From contig NC_091479.1 of assembly GCF_036971445.1 (NCBI RefSeq), positions 75,578,001 through 75,642,000 on the forward strand: DNA of 64,000 bases, read 5' to 3'. Each line of letters opens with the position of its first letter. Position 1 is the first letter of the stretch. A program made the position numbers and the translations under genes. A model generated the notes under the pieces. The model was not told the DNA's origin. It saw only the letters and a list, made by a program, of their open reading frames with translations, and did no database searches. Below, in pieces: positions 14,386 to 26,924 of the stretch. The DNA is from Narcine bancroftii. Lineage: Eukaryota.

Positions 14386-15458
14386 GTAACTTAGCGAGTT
14401 TGCTCTCGCTCTCTTTTTTATTCATATGTATTTTTGTGACGTACTTCCGACTGGCCAATGGAGAGAGTGATGTGAACCCAACAAAGGCTGATGAAGCAAT
14501 GCAAGTGTCAACACACTGGTGAGTATGAGGTAAATGCTGAGAACATTATTAGAGTTTATGATTGGGGTGAGTGTCAACAGAATAATAAACAGGTCACATT
14601 TCATTGATATACACTTCAACTCTAGCTACTGGTCAGATGGATTAACTTGGAGCTAGAGGAAAATGCACCCAATATGTTAGTGGAAGGCTGGAACCAGGGC
14701 CGGATACACCAGAAAGCCTTGTCAAACTTTGTTCTGTAAAAACTGAGAGTTTGGGATAAGATTGTCCACCCACATAGATATGGTGGAGGAATAGTCTTTC
14801 TCTCTGTCAGTCATTTTCTCTAATTCTGTGGTTTCAAAGGTTTGTTCGAAAAGAAAATGGCACCGCAGTGGGGGCATATTCATGAATGTAAAGTGGTCCA
14901 ACGTTTAAGAGGGAGATTCTGCACGAGAAGTTCCTGGTTAAAGTTGGAGATGTATGGTAAGGATGGGAAATTATGCGGAATGAAGAAGAGGAGAAGCTGA
15001 ATTAGCTGCCAGAGGAACATTGTGTTATCCAGTGGCCAATTCTGGAGACTCATTTACTCAGTGTAAACATAATTAATCTTTTTTTTGGGAACTGCGTTGA
15101 TCTCCTAACCCAAAAAAGGATAGACTTGTCAGGAAGGGAATAGAGCAAAAATTCACTGGGCTTTTCTGAAGAAGCCAGGTTTGATGCCTGTAGAGAAACT
15201 GAGATGGGGTATTCTTGGACAAGATCTCATTTCAACTTTTTTTAAAAAAGTGTTAAAAATCTTGTCAGATGAGATGTAGGAAGGGTGTTTTCTCTCATTA
15301 AGGAGTCTAGGACTAGGGGACATCTTCAAAAGAAAGATTTAAGAGTTTCGGAGCGTGACAAGGAGAAACTGTTTCACTTGTAGGTTGATAAACATTTAGA
15401 AATCCTTATCCTGAGGGATATTGCGGCAGTCATTGTTTTTTTTTTCAAAACAGGGGTT

Positions 15459-15756
15459 TGTAGCGGAAGCTACACTGCTACTGAAAGAACACACAACCAG
15501 ACGGGTTGAGCTCAGTAAGGAGAACTGATTTATTGCAGGCTGCTGGGCTGGACTTGTACTCCCAGCCTGGACTTGGCTGAGAACTGCGCTGAGGGGCGCT
15601 GACGTCACCTGGGCGTCACGTGGTCCCCCAGCGCAGGCTTCTGAGCCCCGTGCTGAGACGAAGGAGAAACCCCCCGACTATGCCATTTTGGTCGGCTGCC
15701 CTGTCGCGTGGATTACAAGCGGGGCCGGTTCGCCTGCCTAGTGGTGTGGCGCCACA
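15459..15756 (-). repeat. 3' LTR of the Gypsy element (298 bp)
   Basis: Direct repeat of 19542-19836; preceded on the - strand by the purine-rich tract GGGGGTGGGGAG. Confidence 0.95.
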
Positions 15757-15789
15757 CAGCTCCCCACCCCCAGAACTGGCGGCAGTCCT

Positions 15790-18700
15790 TTTTAGCTGGG
15801 CCACAAATACTGGTTCGGTGGGGTCGAGGTGCGCTGACTTCAGCCCGTCCACAGTAAACAGTTCCCGCCTGCCGCCGATGTCCAGCGTGAACGTAGACCC
15901 TGAACGCTGGACAACCTTGTACGGCCCCTCATAAGGTCTCTGCAGAGGTGCCACAGGCGGGCCCCGCCGAATAAAAACATACTCTGCGGAAAGCAGCTCG
16001 CTGTGGACGTGAGATGGCCGTGTGCCGTGTTTGGGCGGCGGTGGGAATGCGAAGGAGTCCAAGCTAGTGCGGCAACCGCTGAGGGTTGTGAAGCGTGTTG
16101 ATGAATTCACCAGGAAGTGCCAGCGGTGCGCTGTAGACCAGCTCAGCTGATGATGCCTGCAGATCCTCCTTGGGCGTGGAGTGGATGCCCAGGAGCACCC
16201 AAGGCAGTTCGTCTACCCAGTCGGGACCGATGAGGCGGGCCATAAGTGCCGACTTAAGGTGGCAGTGCAGACGCTCGACCAGCCCATTGGCCTGCGGGTG
16301 AAAGGCCATGGCGCAGTGTAGCTCGATCCCCAACCTGTTGGCGAGCTGTGCCCAGAGCGCAGAGGTGAACCGGGCGCCCCGATCGCTGGTGAGGTGATTC
16401 AGAACACTGAACTGGGCAACCCAACTATGAAATAGCGCTCAGGAGCAGGAGTCCATGGAGGCGTCCGGCATCAGAATTGCCTCGGGCCACCGAATAGTGT
16501 GGTCTACCACCATGAACAGTAACACTTGCCCTGGGAAATTGGTAAGGGCCCAACGATGTCCATGTGAATATGGCTGAACCGTTCCCGGACGTGCTCGAAG
16601 TCTTGCACGGGTGCCCTGGTGTGCCTGTGTACCTTGGACATCTGGCAATGGGTGCATGTTCTGGCCCAGCCTGCGATCTGCTTCCGCAGCCTGTGCCAGA
16701 CGAACCACTCTGCCACCATCCGGACCGTGGACCTGATGGACAGGTGCGGAAGGTTGTGGATGTGATGGAAGACTTGCCTGCGCCACTGCTGGGGGGCCAC
16801 TGGCCGTGGCGAGTCCATGGAGACATCGCACAGGACGGTGCTTCCGCCGCTCGGAGTCGGGAGGTCTCGGAACCGCAGGCCCGTGATGACAGTCCAAAAG
16901 GCTTGCGTCTCCTTGTCGGACTTCTGGTCCCTGGCGAGCTGGTCAAAGTTGAGGCCGGACATCAACGCGCAGATGGCCGGTCGTGAGAGTGCATCGGCAA
17001 CCACGTTGTCCTTCCCCCGCCTTGTGCCGAATGTTGGTGGTAAACTCTGACACAAAGGAGAGGTGACGCTGCTGGCGGGCCAACCAGGGATCCTTCGCCA
17101 TCGCGAGTGCCTGGGTGAAGGGTTTGTGGTCAGTGAAGATGGTAAAAGTCCTCCCCTCCAAGAAATAGCGGAAATGCCTCTCTGGCAGGTACATGCCCAG
17201 TAACGCACGGTCAAATGCGCTATACTTGCGCTCTAGTGGGCGGAGAAGCTGACAGAAGAATGCCAGTGGCTTCCATTGTCCATTCACCTGCTGGTTCAGG
17301 ACGGCGCCGATGGCTGTGGCAGAGGCATTGACGGAAAGCACCATATGCAGGCTGATGTGCGGGTGGGCGAGCATGGTAGCCTTCGCGAAGGCATCCTTGG
17401 TGGCCTCGAATGCATTGAAGGTCGCTGGGTTCCAGCTGAGTGTTTTGTGCTTGGCTGCGATGAGGGCGTATAGTGGCTTCATGATGCACGCAGCTCCCGG
17501 GATGAATTGGTTGTAGAAGTTGACCATACCTGCAAACTCCTGCAGCCCCTTGAGATTGTCCGGACGTGGGAACTCTTTGATAGCGGCGACCTTCGTAGCG
17601 GTGGGCGTGGCTCCCTCGACTGTGATGGTATGGCCCAGGAACTGCATGGACTCTTTTCCAAACAGGTACTTGGCTGGATAAATAGTGAGGCCGAAGTTGG
17701 CCAGCCAGGAGAAGAAGGTTTGTAGGTGAGCCTTGTGTTGCGCCCGATCCCTGCTGGCAACGAGGATGTCGTCTAAGTAAATGAAGACGAAATCCAGGTC
17801 CTTGCCCTCGAGTCCATGAGGCGCTGGAAGGTCTGAGCAGCGTTCTTGAGCCCGAACGGCATGCGAAGGAATTCGAACTAGCCGAAGGGGTTGATGATGG
17901 CCGTCTTGGGTATGTCCTCAGGGTGCACCAGGATTTGGTGATACCTGCACACCAGGCCAACCTTGGAGAAAACCCTTGCACCATGCTGGTTGGCCGTAAA
18001 GTCCTGGATGTGAGGGATGGGAGTATAAGTCCAGCCCAGCAGCCTGCAATAAATCAGTTCTGCTCACTGAGCTCAACCCTTCTGGTTGTATGTTTTTTCA
18101 GTAGCAGTGTAGCTGCCGCTACAATTGTTGAGCCGTCAATAATCTCCGCAGGGGTGCCAGAGGCTTTCGGGACCAGGTGGAGTGGCGAGGCCCACGGGCT
18201 TTTGGACCGCGGAATGATCCCCAGCTCCAACAGATGCGAAAACTCCTCCTTTGCCACCTGGAGCTTGTCAGGCGGGAGCTGGCGTGCCTTGGGGTGAACC
18301 GGTGGGCCCTGGGTGGGGATGTGGTGGAACACCCCGAGGCGTGGCCAGGCAGCGGAGAACTGTGGCTTGAGGAGGGTCGGAAGCTTGTCCAGGATTCACT
18401 GGAACTCATCTCTGGGCGTGCTGATCGTGGCCATCTGCGGCTGCTCTGTGTGGGAGGCGTCGAGGCGAATGGCCTGGAAAGTACAGGCGTCCACCAGGCG
18501 TCTCCCTCGAATGTTCACCAGAAGCCTGTGGGTGAGGAGGAAGTCAGCACCCAGAATGGTGATCGGAAGCGATGAGATGGTGAACTTCCATGAGAACTTT
18601 CGTCGGCCGATCTGGAAGTGGACTGCCTTGTCTCTATATGTCTGGATCTCTGTTGCATTGGCTGCATGGAGGGGAGGTCCTCGAGGTTGGTTCCTGGACT

Positions 18701-18818
18701 CGATAGCCGTGGCCAGGATGACGCTGATCTGGGCCCCAGTGTTGATGAGGAACCGCCGGCCGCTGACTAAGTCCCTCAGGTAGAGGAGGCTGTGTCCTTG
18801 GCCAGCCGCCGCAGCCAT
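15790..18818 (-). pseudogene. Gypsy pol (protease, RT, RNase H, integrase with GPY motif), disrupted
   Basis: FLINTGAQISV (DTG changed to NTG), SPWASPLHLVPK, FLGHTIT, FAGMVNFYNQFIP, FTDHKP, HIHMDIVGPLP, HPQANGLVER, PYEGPYKV spread over several frames. Confidence 0.93.
18018..18127 (+). repeat. Inverted LTR-end plus PBS-edge fragment inside the RT region
   Basis: Reverse complement of about 19538-19647 with 3 mismatches; interrupts DY*RLN...PIPHIQDF. Confidence 0.93.
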
Positions 18819-18834
18819 TAACAGCGGTCGGCCT

Positions 18835-19501
18835 TGCGAGCAGGGCTGACGACACTTCCAAGCCTTGGCTCCCCAGTGCTGGTCATAGAAGCAGAGGCCT
18901 GGAGCGGATGCTGTGACCCTGGTTATGCTCGGTGGCCCCTGCAGGGGCCGGATGCTCTCCCGCAGTCATGCCCATGCCTCGTAACCTGCTGGACCACCGA
19001 GCCCTCCGGGAATCGCTCGAGCCATAGCTCTTGGGCCTTCTGAGTGACCTTCCTCGGGTCGGTAAAGCTTTCTTGGGCCAGTAACGGCTGGATGTCCTCG
19101 GGCAGATGGTCGAGGAAAATCCGCTCAAAGAGAGGGCAGTTGGTGTGATCACCCATGAGCGCGAGCATCTCATCCATCAGGTCCATCGGGGACCTGTCCC
19201 CCAAGGCGTCGAGGTGCAGCATCCGAGCAGCACGCTGGTGCCTGGATAGTCTGAGGGATCTGGTGAGCACTCGCTTGAGGGTCTCATATTTGTCTTTGGC
19301 GGGTGGGTGCTGAATGAGGTGCAGCACGCGTTTGGCGGTGCTCTGTTCCAGGGCGGCGACCACATGGTAGAATTTGGTCATGTCAGATGAAATCTGGTGG
19401 AGGTGAAACTGAGCCTCTGCATTGCAGAACCAGATCTCCGGCTCCTGAACCCAGAAGTCAGGCAACTTGACGGCTATAGCACTGATCCCAGATTCGCTCA
19501 T
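18835..19501 (-). pseudogene. Gypsy gag, frameshifted
   Basis: AVKLPDFW...WFCNAEAQF...KFYHVVAALE N-terminus; C-terminal CFYDQHWGAKAWKCRQPC is the CsRn1 CHCC motif (Cx2Hx9Cx3C) with His changed to Asp. Confidence 0.88.
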
Positions 19502-19526
19502 GATGGGTTCAAAGATGTTTGAACCA

Positions 19527-19539
19527 GTTGGGGTCACCA
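19527..19539 (-). promoter_or_regulatory. Primer-binding site for tRNA-Trp
   Basis: The - strand reads TGGTGACCCCAAC 2 nt after the LTR; canonical Trp PBS is TGGTGACCCCGAC. Confidence 0.88.
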
Positions 19540-19541
19540 AT

Positions 19542-19836
19542 TGTAGCAGCAGCTACACTGCTACTGAAAAAACATACAACCAGACGGGTTGAGCTCAGTG
19601 AGCAGAACTGATTTATTGCAGGCTGCTGGGCTGGACTTGTACTCCCAGCCTGGACCTGGCTGAGAACCGCGCTGGGGGGCGTTGACCTCATCTGGGCGTC
19701 ATGTGGTCCCCCAGCACGGGCTTCTGAGCCCTGTGCTGAGATGGGGAAACCCCCCAACGGCGCCATTTTGGCTGGCTGTCCCGCCGCGTGGATTACAAGC
19801 AGGGCCGGTTTGCCTGCCTAGTGGTGTGGCGCCACA
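19542..19836 (-). repeat. 5' LTR of the Gypsy element (295 bp)
   Basis: TGTAGC...GCCACA on +; next to the PBS; about 90% identical to 15459-15756 by manual count; AATAAA on the - strand. Confidence 0.95.
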
Positions 19837-21380
19837 GGTTGAAGAGTTTCTGAATGACAAGGGAAAGAAGGGATAAGATGGAAATGGCTACATGGTGCAG
19901 CAAACTCAGTGAGCTGGTTGGTCTCCTCCTCCTATTTTTTGTGCTTTTAAATGTATCCTTGAGGATATGATCAATAGGAGCAAATTAGTTTGGAGAGCTG
20001 TCTTATATTCACCTGGGGATTTCTTTGCACAACTGTTTTTTTTTCTGGGTTTTGTGACTCCAGCATCAAACTGCAGCATCTTGTATTAACTGAGAAACCG
20101 GTCATTGCATCTCTGCTTTTGGTAACTGACTGTATTGAGAAGCAGACAGGGATATGTGGTGGCAGCTTTTATGGCTCAAGAAAGATGACTATAGTCTGTG
20201 TGTTTTTCACAACTTAGACTCACAAATGGCTGTTGATTGAGAAAGAGGTCTGCATCGGCCAGTAAGCATCATTTGGCTGCATTACTGGCATTTCATGAGA
20301 ACAGCTTGGGACTTGCTGGTTAATTTGCCCAGATTCAGGCAAGCTGTGGCTGAACCTTCCTCTCAGTTGTGCACCCGCTGCAGGACTTTGGGAGTGCTCA
20401 TTTGGAGTCCAACAGGACACAGCCAAACTTTGCAGATTTTCCAGGTCTCAGGCTGGGAGATCTGGCCCGGTACTCGTGCCGGGCAAACCTGATGACAAAA
20501 CAGCAAGCCCACGGAAAGCAAGAGAAATGTAAGTGAAAGTTTATATTTGATTGAATTCCATTAATTTAATCACTTTAAATGTTTTGAGTGTGTTTGTTTT
20601 AATCCTTTCACTTTAAATATATTCTTAAATAATTTTATTGATACTATTTTAAATTTCTGTCAGGTCCTGTCCTGTGCCTTGCTGATGAGCTAAGAGCCAT
20701 GCTCCCAGTGGAAGATTCTGCCCTGCCCCACGCTGGAAGAAGCAGTGTGATATAAGACGGGTGACATGTGAATGGGGTAGCAGACCCCCTGCCAGAGCCC
20801 ACATCTTTAGCTGTCAGTTTGCAACTGATGAGAATCCAATTTCTATTTCATTTCTGATTCATGCTGCTGGATGAATATTAACAGTTGGTAGCTCTTGGCT
20901 GGAAGATGAAAACAGGAATGGAAGAGGCCATCAATAAACTAAGTTAAACAAGGAAGTGCAGATGCTGTGATTGTAGTTTAATACACAAAAGTGCTGCGGA
21001 AACTCATCAGGTCATGTATATAAAATAACTCAGCAGGTCACGTTAAAAAAAAATCTTGCCCCTGATGTCTCCCCTAAATTTTCCTCCCCTCACCTTGTAT
21101 AGATGTCCTCTAGTTTTTGCTATTCTCACCTTGGGGAAAAAAGTGCTCACTGTCAACCTTATCTATGACTCTCATAATCTTGTAGACCTCAGTTAAGTCA
21201 CCTCTCAACCTTCTTTGCTCCACAAAAAAAGTCTGAGCTCCGTTAACTTTGCCTCATAAGGTACATTCTCCAATCCAGGCAATATTTTGGTAAATCTCCT
21301 TTGCAACCTTTCCATGGCTTCCACATCCTTCCTGTCGTAAGGTGACCAGAACTGAACAGTGTTCCAAGTGCTGTCTAACT

Positions 21381-21480
21381 GACCACATGACGCCCAGATG
21401 AGGTCAACGCCCCCCAGCGCGGTTCTCAGCCAGGTCCAGGCTGGGAGTACAAGTCCAGCCCAGCAGCCTGCAATAAATCA
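21381..21480 (+). repeat. Exact 100-bp inverted copy of part of the 5' LTR inside a CR1
   Basis: Reverse complement of 19609-19708 with no mismatch seen. Confidence 0.95.
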
Positions 21481-22789
21481 CAGTTTTTGAACTCAATCCC
21501 CCAACTAACGAAGGCCAGCATGCCATGTCTTCTTAACTACCCTGTCAGCATGCATGGCAACTTTGAGAGATGAATGGATTTGGACCGGCAATCTCTCTGT
21601 TCCTTCACACTGTTAAGAATCTTGCTATTAACCATGTTTGACTTCCTAAAAGCATCACTTCACATTTATCTGTATTGTACTCCATCTGCTATTTTTCCAC
21701 CCAACTCTGTGTCCTGTCTACATCCTGTTGCAAACTATGACAGCCTTCTACAATATCCACAACACCTCCAACCTTCGTATAATTTGCAAACTTACTGATA
21801 CATCCCTCTATTTCTTCATCCAGTTCGTTTATAAAAACCATAAAGAGCAGGGATCCCAGAACAGATTCCTGAGGAACTCCAATTGTTACTGACCTCTAGG
21901 CAGAATGTGTTTCGTCTTCTACTACTACCCCCTGGTTTTTTTGCAGATAACTCAATTCTGAATCCTCAAAGCCAAGGTTCCATGGATCCCATGCCTCATG
22001 ACTCTCTGAATGAGTCTGCTATGAGGGACCTTGTCAAATGCCCTTACTAAAGTCCATAAACACCACATCTCCCATCCTATCTTCATCAATTTCTTTTTTT
22101 ACTTTGTCAAAACTCATTTAGGCTTGTGAGCTACCCCTCACAAAGCCATGCTGATTAACCCTGAGAAGACTCAACAGACTAAGAATCCTCTCCAATAGTT
22201 TCCCCATCACCGACGTAAGACTCACTGGTCTAAAATTCCCAGTATCCTCTCAATTACCTTTTTTTAAACAAGGGGACAATATTTGTCATGCTACAATAAT
22301 GTGGCCAGGGAGGTTGCAAAGATCATTGCCAATGGCCCAGCAATCTCTTTCTTCGCTTCCTGTAGTAACCTGGGGTATATCTCATCTGGTCCCGGTGACT
22401 GATTAATCTTAATGTTTTTAAGAAGATCCAGAATTTCCTCTTTCTTAACCTCAACATGCTCCAACAGATTTGCTTGTTCTATACTGACTTCACTTTGACT
22501 AAGGTCCCTCTCTCTGGTGAACACTGTGACAAAGTATTCATTCAGCACCACCCCTACCTCCTCTGCATCCAGGCACATATTTACCTCCTTTATTCTTAAG
22601 CAGACCTACCTTCACTCTCATTGTTCTTCTGATCTTCCTTAATCCTATTTGCCAAGGCCTTCTTGTGTGTGCCTCTCTTCTAAGTACCTTCCTTGCTACC
22701 GTATAATTCTCATGAACCTCTAATGTTGTTTTCTTCCTAAAACTTCTGTATGCTTCCTTCTTCTTAACATGCCACGTTCTTCTTTCTTT

Positions 22790-23770
22790 CTTTGAATCGC
22801 GGACATAGGTGGCTCACAGGGCATGGGAAATGTATCCGCCGTGAATATGGGCTGTATGTGAGCATACTCTTGCATTGGGGTACGGTATAGTCTGTCAGCC
22901 TCCTGGGCCACGTCATGGGGTCAGCCGGAAATCCTTGTTAGCTATTGGTATGGAGACATGAGTCAGGAGTTTCGACAGGAGTAGAGTCTCAAAAAGCAGG
23001 CAATGAGAGTGACCATCTTCTAACGTGAGCATCTCATTCACCAGATCGGAAGGATTCCTGTCACCTAGCCCCTCCATATTTCAAAAGCCGCATGCTGCGC
23101 TCGTGCCTGGTCAATTCCAGTGTGTTCAGGAGAAACTGTCGGAACCTGGTGTACTGGTTGTCTACCAGAGGGTGGGGAATAAATTCACAAAGTTTTGCTG
23201 CTTTAGCAGAGTCAAATACCCCAATGACGTGCCAAAATTTTGAGTCCTCCGCCGATATACCATGAAGAGGAAACTGGGTTTCAGCCTGATTAAGCCATAC
23301 CCAAGGTAAGGGTCGAAAAAGGAGGCAAGTGAACTCCTACCCCATTAACTGCTGCTGTTGTCATTGCATCCATGATGACTGTAGATTCAAGCTTGAGCTG
23401 AATCTTGCAGTTGGGGTCACCAATTGTAGCGACTACTTTGGTAGAGCTACTAAATCAACACACATCCACAGGGTTAGTCAACCAAAGACCGTTTATTTGT
23501 GTTTGCCATATTTCTTTTATATCCCTCCCATCCCGGGTTCCATAGGACGGGGGTGGTGATGTCACTAAGTGGCTGGCAGGTTTAAAGTACACACGGTGGG
23601 GAGGCATATCAATCCGGCGTGCCATTAGTCAGCACGCAGTACCGCGTGTGTGCAGTCCATTATTCAGGTAAGTGCATAGCAGTCCGGCCCGTGGCTCCAC
23701 GCATTTGCTGGTGAGCCACACCGGTGATACCGCGCTGTGCGCCCGCTTGGCCCACTACACAGCTGCTACA
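22790..23770 (-). mobile_element. Second, truncated CsRn1-like Gypsy element (5' LTR 23425-23770, Trp PBS, partial gag)
   Basis: LTR TGTAGC...GCTACA; same TGGTGACCCCAAC PBS; - strand VHLPPF / PWVWLNQAETQF / KFWHVIGVFD / PSDLVNEML; no pol or 3' LTR seen. Confidence 0.85.
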
Positions 23771-24679
23771 CTGTATCACTTCTTTTGTCAGCCATGGTTC
23801 TCTTAAACTACCATCTTTACCCAGTCTCAGTGGGACAAACCTATTCAGAACCCCATGCAGGTGGTCCCTAAATGTCCTCCGTATTACTTCTGAGCTTTTC
23901 CATGAGAACATCTGTTCCCAATTTACACTCCCCCTTCCTGCCCTTTCCCAATTAAATACTTTACCATTCTGTTTACTCCTTGTTCATTGCTCTGCTAAAT
24001 TACAGGGAGTTGTGGTGATACAAACATCTGGAGCAGGATTACTCAGTATAACAGCTCATCTGATTGTAACCCCAACTCGAAATTTCTCTGGTAACCTATC
24101 ACCCACTTTTAACTGGATTTAGTCGGAATTGGGTTAAATTATTCTTGAAGTGCCTTGCAGTGCAAACAGACAAAATGGGCTGGAGTCAGCAAGGCCCAAT
24201 CTTCTGCTGACCCCATCACCATTCAAGCATTCCCCTATCCCAGACTTTATTCTTCATACAATAACCATTTACCTGCTGGTCTCTGATTCTCCATCCAAAC
24301 TGCTGGATGTACAGGCTCACATCCTCCCACCCCCAACCTTCCCACTGACACAAGGGATGGGGTTGGATCGGTGTGTGGTTTCTGCATGAGAGGGTGTGGC
24401 TTAGACCAAGAGGATGAGCGCAAGTAATTCACTTGATTCTGGAATCCTAGCCCTGCACTGTGGGAGGAAAGTCTTGTCCCAGAAATGACCAGCAGAGGTT
24501 GTCACTGGGATAATGGGTTTAGGTTCCCCTTCAGTGCAGCAGGAGTAATGAACAGAGAGTGATATTATCTCAGTCAGAGATGATTGCATCAGGATTGCAA
24601 GGTTGACGTGCCTGGAAATACTCAGTCAAAATTTTACAGTGATGCAAAACAATGTGAAGGGAGTCATTATTAACATTGC

Positions 24680-25990
24680 AAGTTCAAGTTCAATTTTATT
24701 GTCACGTGTACCAAGATGCAATGACAGAACTTGTTTTACGGCAGATCATAGACATTTCATATATAACAAATAAGACGTTATATAGAAGTGCAGAGTCATA
24801 GATAGAGTTCAATTGGTATGGAGCATAAACTGTATAATTTTACAAATGTGGGTTCATTCAGGAGTCTGATAATAGGAAAGAAATCTGTCCTTCAATCTCA
24901 CACTCGTGAATCTCCTTCCTGATGACGGGGTGGGATGAAGAGAGTGTGACTTGGATGAGATGAGTCTTTCAATATGTTAGCTGCTTTTTCCAATGCAGCA
25001 GGAGTTATAGATAAAGTTGATGGAGGGGAGAAAGGGGTATATGATGGCCTGAGCTATGTTCACAACCCCCTACAGATTTGGAGTTACTCAATTTCTGCCA
25101 TTTCTTATGGACTTGGGCAGACCGTTCCTATATTATGCAGCAATGCTCCTTGATAGATTGCTTTAAATAATGCACCTGTAGAAGTTGTTACGAGATACTG
25201 GCAACATGATAAATTTCCTTGGGATTTTGAAGTTGAGGCTCTGGTGCGCTTTCTTGGCCATTATGTCAATGTGTGTGGGCTAGGGCAAGTCACTGGAGAT
25301 GTTTCCCTCTTGGAACTTAAAGCTGTCTACAGTCTCCAATCAGTATTGTCAATGCATACTGGGAAATAAGCTCCGCCCCTTCTCAAGAAGTATATGAACC
25401 AGCAGTTTGAGGGAGAGGTTGTTCTGGCACCCAGCCTCATCCCTCTATCTCTCTTCTGTCATTGTTGGAGATCCTGGCTGCTGCAGTGATGTCGTCTATG
25501 GATTTGGAGATTGAGTTGGAGCTGTGTTTGGTCACACAGTTGTGGATATGCAGCACAAATAGTAGGGGACTAAGTGGACAGCTCCAACTGTCAAGGATGA
25601 TCATGGAAGAGGCCCTGTCACCAATTCTCACTGATTGTGGCCTTCTGGATAGAAAGTCACAGATCTAATTGCAGGGAGGGGTGTTGAGACTAAGGTCACA
25701 AACCTGCAGATGAGTTGTTTGGAATTATCATCTTGAAAGTGGAGCTGCCGTCAATACATAGTCATCTGACATAGGTGTCTTTGTCCCAGGGCTCAATGTA
25801 GGGGCAAGGTGATGGATTCTGGTGTGGTGTTGTTTCATTGATATGCAAATTAGAAAGGGCCAAAGCTGATGTTATTGTGAGACATGACCAACTTCTCGAA
25901 GCACTTCATGATGGTGGATGCGTAAGTCACTGGCCAATATTCATTTAGGCCCATCACTGTTCTTCCTTGGCATTGGGACGATAGTTTTTT
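24680..25990 (-). mobile_element. Older Rex1/Babar-like LINE fragment
   Basis: LSPLLFVLHIHNCVTKHSSNSISKSIDD (RT core) on the - strand; (CAAGTT)n tail near 24680. Confidence 0.7.
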
Positions 25991-26623
25991 TTTAAGCACT
26001 CTGGGGATAAATAAATATTTTGTTATTTAAAAAAAAACAGCAATGTGCAATTGAATCTGGCTATTACATTCTTCTTGAAATCCAAGGATAATGAAATTGG
26101 TGTACTGTACATTTATATTTCACTATATTCTCTCCAAATGACACCTGGAGTACTTATCGGTTACTTTTGAGGTGTATTATGTAGTTGAATAACACAGAAA
26201 ATGTCTGATCATCTTTTCATAGAGTCTGACAGATTAACTGCACATAAAACCTATGACAACTTATGATCACCATGAGAGGGGTAGCTGTTTTTAACTGCAT
26301 TATGTTTTATGGTGTAGAACAGCATTGGATGTGCAGTGTTTTTCAAATGTCTCCTTAAACAATATTTCACACCTGAGCATTATCCACTATTGAAAGCATG
26401 CAGTACAAGTAGACCCTGTGGCAATTCAAAGCTGGTTTCTGAAATGAGATGGAAAATGCTATTATATATATAATCAAATAACAATTACAGCACGGAAACA
26501 GGCCATTAGGCCCTTCTAGCCACACACATTTTTAAAAAAACACTTTTATTTAAGTTTATTTAAAAAGAAATTCTCATTGGAGTTTGCTCAATGGGCAACA
26601 TTTATTTTAATCTTTTCAATTAA

Positions 26624-26887
<264 letters not shown>

Positions 26888-26924
26888 TGATTCGACTCTT
26901 ACGCTGGGAAATGAAAATACATTT

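Larger units (their letters stand above)
15459..19836 (-). mobile_element. Full-length degenerate Ty3/Gypsy LTR retrotransposon, CsRn1-like clade
   Basis: Two TG...CA LTRs; 4-bp TSD GGTT at 15455-15458 and 19837-19840; Trp PBS; PPT; gag-PR-RT-RH-IN order on the - strand with frameshifts and stops. Confidence 0.96.
15150..19930 (+). mobile_element. Old CR1 3'-end fragment split by the Gypsy insertion (about 15150-15458 and 19837-19930)
   Basis: Both flanks resemble a CR1 3' region and read continuously across the GGTT TSD. Confidence 0.55.
21050..24010 (-). mobile_element. CR1-type LINE relic interrupted by the LTR fragment and the second Gypsy
   Basis: ORF2 peptides LNEYFVTVFTRE...SPGPDEIYPRLLQE and EPWLTKEV on the - strand; boundaries approximate. 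Confidence 0.85.

Noticed and set aside
15620-19043. Plus-strand ORFs within the Gypsy element
   Set aside because: Antisense shadows of GC-rich gag/pol with no recognisable domains.
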